Origin: a virus
Reading direction: 5' to 3' (one strand)
DNA length: 64,000 bases
IMG/VR virus record: IMGVR_UViG_3300044837_000219
Coordinates: 5,005-69,004 of that record
Below are positions 56,680-64,000 of this stretch, one piece after another. Position 1 is the stretch's first letter. Each line of letters opens with the position of its first letter. The notes under the pieces are model-generated. The model ran no database searches, was not told the DNA's origin, and saw only the letters and a program-made list of their open reading frames with translations. The position numbers and the translations under genes were made by a program.

Positions 56680-57201
56680 ATGACCGAGAACACCGCCGCC
56701 GCCCTTCGTACCCAGGCCAGCGAGCAGTTCGCCGCCGCCGAAGAGTCCTTCGAGCGCTGCGACACCGACGGCTTCCTCTCGCAGTGGGCGTCGTCCATCA
56801 CCGGCCGGAAGTTGATGCTGCAGGCCGAGATCGAGGAGCGGGGCGGCAAGGCCGAGTTCGTGGCGCTGTTCGACCTGGAGGGCGCGCTGGTGCCAGCCAA
56901 GATGATCGAGACGCGCTACGGCTGGTCCTGGGCGCTGCTCGACCCGAAGAACCCGCGCGGTCGCTTCCTCGGCTTCTTCAACCCGTCCAAGGCGTCCACT
57001 CCGGAGAAGCGGCGCGCGGCGAACGCCAAGAAGGGCTTCTACCTCGGCACCGTGCTTGCTCCGGCGAAGGCCGAGATCATGGGCGGCGGGACTGGTCTGG
57101 CGGGCGCTGCGTCCTGCTACGTGGGCGCTCGGCGCACCGACGGCGGCTTCAGCGCCGACGTCGACATCATCGACAACGGAATCGAGGTTTCCAGTGAGTG
57201 A
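56680..57201 (+). CDS. Hypothetical phage protein
   Basis: ESFERCDTDGFLSQWAS motif; AAGGAG RBS. Confidence 0.7.
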   Translation: MTENTAAALRTQASEQFAAAEESFERCDTDGFLSQWASSITGRKLMLQAEIEERGGKAEFVALFDLEGALVPAKMIETRYGWSWALLDPKNPRGRFLGFFNPSKASTPEKRRAANAKKGFYLGTVLAPAKAEIMGGGTGLAGAASCYVGARRTDGGFSADVDIIDNGIEVSSE

Positions 57202-57264
57202 AGTGCTGCTGCGGCTCCTGGTGGGCGACGACATCGCCCACCAGGAGCAGGAGGGGAAGTCGCT

Positions 57265-57549
57265 GTGAATCTCGTCTTCGAAATCTTCTGGACCGTCCTC
57301 ATCATCTACTGGGTCGGCTGGATCGTCGGACTGTGGCAGTCGCTGCTCGGTGCGTTCGAGCACATCGTCCGCGCGCTCAAAGGCAATCCACAATCGGAGG
57401 AGCGACTTCAGGCCGAGGTCCGTCGATTGGAGAAGCGGCAGAAGGAACTCACCCAGCAGTTGGTCGACGAGCGCAACAAAACGCGACTAGTGATCGAGGG
57501 CAAGCCGCACTCGACCACCGACGAGCAGGACTGGGGGACTCCGAAGTGA
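57265..57549 (+). CDS. Membrane-anchored coiled-coil protein
   Basis: N-terminal TM then coiled coil. Confidence 0.55.
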   Translation: MNLVFEIFWTVLIIYWVGWIVGLWQSLLGAFEHIVRALKGNPQSEERLQAEVRRLEKRQKELTQQLVDERNKTRLVIEGKPHSTTDEQDWGTPK

Positions 57550-58439
57550 ACGCGTTGCTGATGATGCTCACGTCGCTCGTGACGACATTCGTCGTCTGGG
57601 GGATGACGCATGAGTCGGGACCGGTCCATGACGTCTGGATGGGAATGAAACGAGTCATCGAACGTTGGCTCGAACCCATCTTCCACTTCGAGGCGAAGGA
57701 GCAGGGGCGCCAGGAGCGCAGGGAGATGCGCAGGCATCTGCAGGAGGTGGAGGCAGAGAACGAGCGCCTGAAGCGCTCCTACCGCCTCCTGCTGGACGGT
57801 ACGCCCGGCGCAGCGCAGGATCCGGCGCCTAGCGCCAAGACGATGCCGACGCCGCCGGATCTGCCCATCTGGGGCGCGCAGCCGCGACTGCACACCACCG
57901 ATGCGAAGCAGACGCCGGAGTTCGAGCAGTTCTCATTCAGTCGCGACGAGCGTTTCATCGGTCGCCTGGAGAGGGATCGCGACGCCGCGATGAAGTTGGC
58001 GAACGAGCAGAAGAAGCGCTTCGAAGAGGCCGTCCAGGAGATACACCGGCTGGAGCGCGAAGTCGGCAGGATGCTCAACGATGGGGTTCTACCTTCTGCG
58101 AAGGTGACGAACGATACGACCGTGACGTTCTCGGACTTCGATGCTGAGTACTGGAAGCGCAAGATGGAGCAGTCGGCGAATCATCCGAAGTATGGCGTTG
58201 TCAACCGGATCAAAGACGGAGGTGGGCGTTTCATCGTCTTCATCGAGTTCGAGGCGCGGAACGACTCGCAGGCTGACGGAATCGCTCGATTGGCGATGTC
58301 GCTGCAGTGCAAGCAGGACAGGTGTCGCTACATCACCGGATCGCTGGATCGGGACTCACGCGTCGGGGCCTCCGTGGTGCAGAAGTACAACTGGATGTAT
58401 AGGTACCGCTACGTGTGCCAGCCGATAGACACTGACTGA
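57546..58439 (+). CDS. Membrane-anchored coiled-coil protein
   Basis: GTGA overlap; N-terminal hydrophobic helix; stop is operator TGA. Confidence 0.6.
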   Translation: MNALLMMLTSLVTTFVVWGMTHESGPVHDVWMGMKRVIERWLEPIFHFEAKEQGRQERREMRRHLQEVEAENERLKRSYRLLLDGTPGAAQDPAPSAKTMPTPPDLPIWGAQPRLHTTDAKQTPEFEQFSFSRDERFIGRLERDRDAAMKLANEQKKRFEEAVQEIHRLEREVGRMLNDGVLPSAKVTNDTTVTFSDFDAEYWKRKMEQSANHPKYGVVNRIKDGGGRFIVFIEFEARNDSQADGIARLAMSLQCKQDRCRYITGSLDRDSRVGASVVQKYNWMYRYRYVCQPIDTD

Positions 58440-58480
58440 GACTTGACGTCTCGGGCCTCCTCGTGAGACTATAGGTCTCA
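58437..58480 (+). promoter_or_regulatory. Promoter with tandem operators
   Basis: TGAGAC-TTGAC-GTCTCG over the -35 and TGAGAC-TATAG-GTCTCA over the -10. Confidence 0.75.
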
Positions 58481-58509
58481 TAGGGAAGCGAACTCACGAG
58501 GAGGCCGAG

Positions 58510-59551
58510 ATGCGACAGATGACGATGGTCAGCCCGCTGGGGAACAAGGTCATCACCCGATCGAAGCGTCGGTACGCTGTGGTGACCGATGTGCGCGACA
58601 TGGCTGGCGTGCCGACCGGCATGGCCCAGTGCGTGCTCCGCACCGACGACTACCAGCGCGCGGTGCGGCACGTGTGCAAGAAGCGCCCGCTGGTCCACCA
58701 GGGGTACAACACCTTCTTCATCTACGACACGGTGCTGCGCACCCGCGTTGCACGAGGCTAGGGAGGCCGTGATGAGCAAGACGATGCGGAACGTGCCGGA
58801 AGCGGTGCGTGAGGTGCAGGATCGGCGCCGGAGCGGGTCGCACGGGCTGCACGCGGACCGGCGCACCCGGCGCCTTCGGACCCGCCGCGCAGCGCTACAG
58901 CGTGCAATCCGGGAGGGCTGAGATGCCTCGACGCAGAGATTATCGCGACTCGCCGCAGTATCAGCGGCTGCTGGACCAGTACGAGCAGATGAAACGCGAG
59001 ACCCGCAGTTATGAACTGCAACCGTCGCCCAGCGCTACTGACGCCGCTGGCGTCACCGTGTATGACATCAGCACGTTGCCTGGAGGACTGAAGTCATGAC
59101 CGACGACAAGCGAGTCCCCGACACGTTCGGACCGGAGGACGTCGAGCGCGCGCTGCGCGTGTGGTTCCTCCGGGCGAAGAGATGGAGCGAGCGGCTGCAG
59201 GCGCTGGCGAAGCAGCACGACGTCCCGATGCCGCACTACTCGCGTGACTACATCATCGCCGGTAATCACGACGGAGTGAACTTCGACGGCAAGACGGTCG
59301 AGTGGATCGAACTGATGGGCGACGAACCGGCGGACCGGTTCGAGGCGCCGTACGACGTCGTGCGCACAGATCATGCTGCCGACACCTGGCTTGACGAGTG
59401 GCTGACGCAAGCGCTCAAGGAAAAGAACGACCGAAGGATTCTCCTGGAGGCGCAGAGCAAGACCGCCGAACAGCGCCGGATCAGGGCGCAGTACGAGGAG
59501 TACCTTCGACTCAAGGCCATCTTCGAGGAGAAGCAGGGGTCCGAATCGTGA
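58510..59551 (+). other. Four small hypothetical genes (58510-58761, 58772-58921, 58923-59099, 59096-59551)
   Basis: Consecutive ORFs each with a GGAGG-type RBS. Confidence 0.55.
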
Positions 59552-59775
59552 ACGGCATCGAGTTGGTCTCTACCGAGGAGGTGCGCGACACCATCCTCCA
59601 CCTGGAGAACAAGGCCAGCACGAAGCAGGTTGCCGATGAACTGGGTGTGAAATACGACGTCGCCAACTTCCACATCGCACGCATGCGCAAGTGCGGCTGG
59701 CTGACGCGCGTACGCGAAGGTCGGAGTTGGATGTACTCGGTTCGGGATTACGCGCGGTGTCGTGAGTGGGCATAG
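59548..59775 (+). CDS. Winged-helix DNA-binding protein
   Basis: STKQVADELGV...ANFHIARMRKCGWLTRVREGRSWMYSV. Confidence 0.7.
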   Translation: MNGIELVSTEEVRDTILHLENKASTKQVADELGVKYDVANFHIARMRKCGWLTRVREGRSWMYSVRDYARCREWA

Positions 59776-59860
59776 CGAACCGTCTCCGTCGACTCCACGG
59801 CGGGCTTGACGCGCACAGCGAACGCCGGAGCGCACAGAAAATCCGACAAATTGGGACACC

Positions 59861-60088
59861 AGGGGGCAGGGAAGGGGGCAGGGGGCAGATTTTGGGGGTC
59901 CTAAACCCTTACCCCTGCGTACGTACGGGGACTTGTACGTATCTACTGCCTCTATCTGCCCCCTCTTCATGCGCGCGTTAGAAGGGGGCAGTAGGGGGCT
60001 AGAGAGTTACGTAAGTCCCCGTGACGCGTTAGGGGTAAGGGTTTGAGACCCCCAAAACCTGCCCCCCTGCCCCCCTTTCCTGCCCCCT
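59861..60088. repeat. Large imperfect palindrome with AGGGGGCA iterons; probable replication origin
   Basis: Arms AGGGGGCAGGGAAGGGGGCAGGGGGCAGATTTTGGGGGTC..AAACCCTTACCCCT..CGGGGACTT mirrored on the right. Confidence 0.7.
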
Positions 60089-60121
60089 CTCGCCACAACC
60101 GTCAAGAAGGGTTAACGTTTG

Positions 60122-60607
60122 ATGGACAGCAACGAGGTCGCACCTGCCAGCGATCCTCTGCGGATTCCGGGGAGCACGAACGCGCACGAACTGATCCAGT
60201 TCCTGCGGTTCTACCCCGATGGACGCGAGGAGGTGGTCGACGGCTACATCTGGGGTGCGACACAGCCCGTTCGAGGCATGCGGTGCTTCTGGGTCCTCGA
60301 AGTCGACAGCGAGGGCGCGGTGCGCCGATCTCCCGCCGAGGCGGTAGTCGTCGCCAGCAGGAGGCATCGTGTCGGTCGGCTGGCGAAGACTCGCACCGGG
60401 CTGGAGCGCTGGATGCGTACCGCCGGTCGCTTCGTCGACATCGGCACCGCGTACACCGAAACCGACCGACGAAGCGATACCGGCAAGAAGACGGCCTGTG
60501 GCGTAGATCGCACGAAGCCGCCAACCAGCATCCTGGTAGCACCGCTCGACCCCAGCATTTTCGCAGCACTGTCAGGTGACACCCCACCCGAGCCTCTGTT
60601 ACAGTGA
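60122..60607 (+). CDS. Hypothetical protein
   Basis: ORF following the palindrome. Confidence 0.5.
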   Translation: MDSNEVAPASDPLRIPGSTNAHELIQFLRFYPDGREEVVDGYIWGATQPVRGMRCFWVLEVDSEGAVRRSPAEAVVVASRRHRVGRLAKTRTGLERWMRTAGRFVDIGTAYTETDRRSDTGKKTACGVDRTKPPTSILVAPLDPSIFAALSGDTPPEPLLQ

Positions 60608-60612
60608 GTCTC

Positions 60613-60897
60613 ATGGATGCGTCAGGATCGGAGGTGAAAGAAGTGAACGAGACGAAGGTTCTGCTCCCGGATGGGCGGACCGTCAGCATCGACGAGATCG
60701 GTGGTCTCGCGGAGGTGGCCGACCATTACGGTTGGAACCACTCGACGCTGACCACGTGGGTCAACCGCTATGCCGATGTTCCCACTCCGGCGAAGACCCT
60801 GCGGCGCGGCGCGCTGTACGTTATCTCCGACTGGGACGGATGGCGCCCAGGGGAGGGTGAGGATCGTGTCCGATCCAGCGCTGGGGCCGTCGCCTGA
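60613..60897 (+). CDS. AlpA/excisionase-like HTH DNA-binding protein
   Basis: GGLAEVADHYGWNHSTLTTWVNRYADVPTP...LYVISDW; promoter GTGACA..TACAGT with operator half-site; start may be leaderless ATG 60613 or a downstream GTG. Confidence 0.65.
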   Translation: MDASGSEVKEVNETKVLLPDGRTVSIDEIGGLAEVADHYGWNHSTLTTWVNRYADVPTPAKTLRRGALYVISDWDGWRPGEGEDRVRSSAGAVA

Positions 60898-61090
60898 CGA
60901 CAACCCAATCGAAGAGTTCCCCCTCTTCGATCACGACGAGAGCACCTGCACCACCTGCACGGAAGAAGGGCCGGACCGACTACTCGGCGACAGCAGGATC
61001 TTCGCCGTAGTGATTGGTTCGGTCCTTCTGGTTGTTCTGTTGCTTATTGTCTTGGCGTTCGCACTATTCGACGAGAGGTGGCTGCACTGA
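60866..61090 (+). CDS. Small membrane protein
   Basis: C-terminal TM; H...CTTC motif. Confidence 0.5.
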   Translation: MSDPALGPSPDDNPIEEFPLFDHDESTCTTCTEEGPDRLLGDSRIFAVVIGSVLLVVLLLIVLAFALFDERWLH

Positions 61091-61869
61091 TGCTCGACAG
61101 CGCACCCTACGGTGGCTTGGCCGTCGAAGAGGTCCCCAGGGTCGTCACGCAGGCCGTACGCGGCATCACGGCCGAAGCGGTGGTTGCCGCGCCGGTTGCT
61201 CCCCCTCGCGTGCCCTGCTGCGACGCCAGCGAGGACCAGATGCCGGAAGAGTGCTGGAGGCTGCTCATCGCGCTCGTGCCGCAGCAGCCGAGCATGCTGC
61301 AACTCCGAGCCACGTACGCGCAGGCCGGAGTTGAACGGCTGCTCAAGCAGACAGGGAAGTGCAGCAAGTGCGGCACGGTCGCCACCGTGAACACGGATGG
61401 CTCGCTGCGCTCGCACAGCCAGCCCAAGGTGGAGAAGTGCCCCGGCATCGGCACCGCGCCGGAGTCGACGACGCTCGTTAAGGGTGTTGCGAAGGGGGTG
61501 TGTGCGTTCTGCGGCATCGTCAAGCCTCCGACGAAGAAAGGCACGATGCCGTCGCACCAGCCCGCCAGCGTGGCGTGTGCGGCCGAAGAGGTGGACGGCG
61601 ACGGCAACAGCAGCACGCCGTTCACGATGCTTCCGCCGACCACGCTGCCGCCGGTGGAGTCGCTCGTGCTGCGTACGGTGTGGGCGCGCGACCAGTACGC
61701 GTTCGGCTGCTGGCTGTGGGACAACCTGGCCGACAACGGCAAGGGTGAGTGGTCGTTCGACTACGGCATCATTCGTGGCGAGGAAACCAGGCTCGCGACG
61801 AAGATTGTCGGCGTCACGGTGTGGCGGGCGTTCCTCGCTACGCGGATCGAGCGCTACTCTCCGGCCTGA
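61090..61869 (+). CDS. Hypothetical protein with two Cys/His Zn-ribbon repeats
   Basis: GKCSKCG...LRSH...CPG and GVCAFCG...MPSH...CA. Confidence 0.6.
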   Translation: MLDSAPYGGLAVEEVPRVVTQAVRGITAEAVVAAPVAPPRVPCCDASEDQMPEECWRLLIALVPQQPSMLQLRATYAQAGVERLLKQTGKCSKCGTVATVNTDGSLRSHSQPKVEKCPGIGTAPESTTLVKGVAKGVCAFCGIVKPPTKKGTMPSHQPASVACAAEEVDGDGNSSTPFTMLPPTTLPPVESLVLRTVWARDQYAFGCWLWDNLADNGKGEWSFDYGIIRGEETRLATKIVGVTVWRAFLATRIERYSPA

Positions 61870-61901
61870 CTGTTGATCTTGGAACGAAGGCTGGAGGCGG
61901 C

Positions 61902-62249
61902 ATGGCTCGCGCGAAGCGCATCTGCAAGCGCACCGGCTGCGGAAAGACCGCAACACACAACGGATGGTGCGACGACGACGCACGAGCGGCCGATCTTGCG
62001 CGCGGGACGCGTCACCAGCGCGGATACGGCAGCGCGCACGACGCCGACCGCGAGCGGCTGCTGCACGCGTACGACCTCGCCGTGGCGGCAGGCATCGTGC
62101 CGCGCTGCTGGAGGTGCGGACAGTTGATGTTGCCCGGCCAGTCGCTCGCGGCCGACCACAGCAAGATCAGTGCCGCTGCTGGCGGCCGGGCCGACGTCCT
62201 GGTGCACCTGGACCCCTGCAACTCTGGCAAGCGCCGTCCAGGCGCCTGA
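61902..62249 (+). CDS. HNH endonuclease (packaging-associated type)
   Basis: ICKRTGC...HQRGYGSAH...RCWRCG...AADH...HLDPCNSGK; GGAGG RBS. Confidence 0.75.
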   Translation: MARAKRICKRTGCGKTATHNGWCDDDARAADLARGTRHQRGYGSAHDADRERLLHAYDLAVAAGIVPRCWRCGQLMLPGQSLAADHSKISAAAGGRADVLVHLDPCNSGKRRPGA

Positions 62250-62477
62250 GCAGGCCCCCAGGCGCTGTTGATCTTGGGACTGAGACACTGACGCCCAGCG
62301 CCGGATCTGACCCGCTGGAGGGGCCGCTAGGGCTCCGCTCGCTCCCGTGCATACGAGCACGCGTGGGCGCTGGCCTGCGCGGGCGGGAGCGCCCGCGCAG
62401 CAGCACGCGCACCGGCGCTGACCTGGGCGTACAGGCCCTCGTGCACGGCTGGCCTGCACCTGCCCCCAGAGGCATGA

Positions 62478-63087
62478 TCACGGGCGCTTGCGGCGACACC
62501 TGGCGCGCTGCACGAGGCAGTGCGCGGTGAGTCCTCCGGCGATGATGGCGCCGAACGTGCTGTGCGCCTGCAGTGCGACGATCAGCCCCAGCCCCCAGCA
62601 GATCGCGACGACTAGCCAGAACTCGCGTGCTCCCATCACGAAACCTCCACCTGTAGTTGCTGCCACGTCATGAAGGCGATGCGCGAGGCAATCTGTGGTC
62701 CGCGCGTGATGACGATGCGTGTGCCGGTGAGTCCGTACATCCGGCCGTTCTCGTCCTGTGCGACGTACAGCATGGGCGAGCGCTCGCCGTTCACGTACAC
62801 GTTCCATCCACGGACGAACCGTTGTGTTCGATGCGCACCGGTTGACGGATCCTGAGTCACGGCGACCCGCAAGCGTCCCTTGACGTTGCGAACGGTCACG
62901 ATGGTGTTCACTTCACGCCACGCTTAGCGATGCGTTGTGCCTGGCGCGCCCGACGAACAGGAGCGCTCGCGGAGCGACGTCGCCGGTTGGTACGGCGACG
63001 GGTGGACCGTGCTCGCTGGAACTCGACGCGCTGCCAGATTGCAACAACGATCATCGCGCCAAGCAGCATGTAGACGATGCCTTCCAT
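62478..63087 (-). other. Three small leftward genes (62478-62636 membrane, 62636-62911, 62908-63087 membrane)
   Basis: Coupled ORFs downstream of minus-strand promoter 63117-63153. Confidence 0.55.
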
Positions 63088-63116
63088 GATCTGCCCCTTC
63101 GTGCGTTGACTTGCCT

Positions 63117-63153
63117 TGAGACTCACTGTCCCACCATGTTACACGCCTGTCAA
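63117..63153 (-). promoter_or_regulatory. Promoter/operator
   Basis: Minus TTGACA; TGAGAC-TCACT-GTCCCA. Confidence 0.7.
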
Positions 63154-63155
63154 GA

Positions 63156-63270
63156 CCCCTGGGGGGTATTGTGGGCGGCCGGAGGCTCGATCCAGATTTT
63201 CTAGGATCATAGGCACCCCTGGGGGGTATTGTGGCGGACTGAGAAAATATTTCGGATTTTCTGGGATTTT
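63156..63270. repeat. Tandem direct repeat ACCCCTGGGGGGTATTGTGG x2 with GATTTTCT
   Basis: 20-bp exact copies at 63156 and 63215. Confidence 0.7.
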
Positions 63271-63325
63271 GATTCTGGGCTGGCACATTGCGTCGCGATT
63301 CTTCCACATGGTCGGCTCTACGATG

Positions 63326-63362
63326 TTGACGTGCTTGCACACCTATGGGACACTGAGTCTCA
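63326..63362 (+). promoter_or_regulatory. Promoter/operator
   Basis: TTGACG; TGGGAC-ACTGA-GTCTCA. Confidence 0.7.
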
Positions 63363-63387
63363 AGCCAACGACACAACGGAGGTTCAC

Positions 63388-63543
63388 ATGTCTAAGAAGC
63401 GCGAGTGCCAGACAACCTACGTAGCGATTCACGCTGGGCGGGTCACCTACGTGGTGGACCCGTACGCATCGCAGGTCTACGATGTCAACATCAAAATGTG
63501 GATGTGCGAAGCCTGTATTGAGTCGGCAGCGCTGGGAGTGTGA
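63388..63543 (+). CDS. Small hypothetical protein
   Basis: GGAGG RBS; MCEAC motif. Confidence 0.5.
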   Translation: MSKKRECQTTYVAIHAGRVTYVVDPYASQVYDVNIKMWMCEACIESAALGV

Positions 63544-63784
63544 TATCTGCTCCTGCGAGCGTCGCTCCGGCGCCGTCCGCACCGGAGCGCTCCGGTGCTC
63601 CGGTGACGCTCACCTATCGCTTAACGTGCATCCCCTGAGCGCCTCCCCTACCGCCGGTAGGTGGAGGTGCTCTCGTTTTAGTCGACCTGACGTTGTCAGG
63701 GATGCCGTTCGGCATTCTTGCCGATCGAGCGCGTATGTACGATCGCTGTGCTTTCCGCTTCTGCTTCTGCTCTGCTTGCGCTCA

Positions 63785-64000
<216 letters not shown>

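Noticed and set aside
29549-63362. GGTCTC/GAGAC sites as Golden Gate cloning scars or CRISPR repeats
   Set aside because: Copies are degenerate, tied to -35 boxes on both strands and separated by whole genes rather than fixed-length spacers

Overview
This 64 kb window covers most of a high-GC tailed phage genome (siphovirus gene order, most likely an actinobacteriophage). 1-24.6 kb (+) is the late region: MuF-like protein, scaffold, major capsid, head-tail joining genes, two paralogous repeat-fibre genes, a secreted GH26 glycosidase, major tail, tail chaperone with a -1 frameshift, tape measure, minor tails, CHAP endolysin and holin. 26.5-38 kb holds replication and recombination genes: prim-pol/P4-type helicase, PD-(D/E)XK exonuclease, vWA protein, dCMP deaminase, SSB-like protein, EndoVII and an RNA-ligase-like gene. 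38.4-42.7 kb is a terminator-bounded operon built around an actinomycete TraB-type FtsK/SpoIIIE translocase plus membrane proteins, which looks like a conjugative module inside a phage. 42.8-63.5 kb holds many small genes behind about 20 copies of a promoter/operator element (TTGACA..TGAGAC-N5-GTCTCA), plus at least three candidate structured RNAs, one of them a CCA-ending tRNA mimic. Two distant iteron loci share the octamer AGGGGGCA. I saw no integrase, terminase, portal, family A/B DNA polymerase, canonical tRNA or CRISPR array in the window. All protein calls come from motif recognition and gene order; no searches were run.
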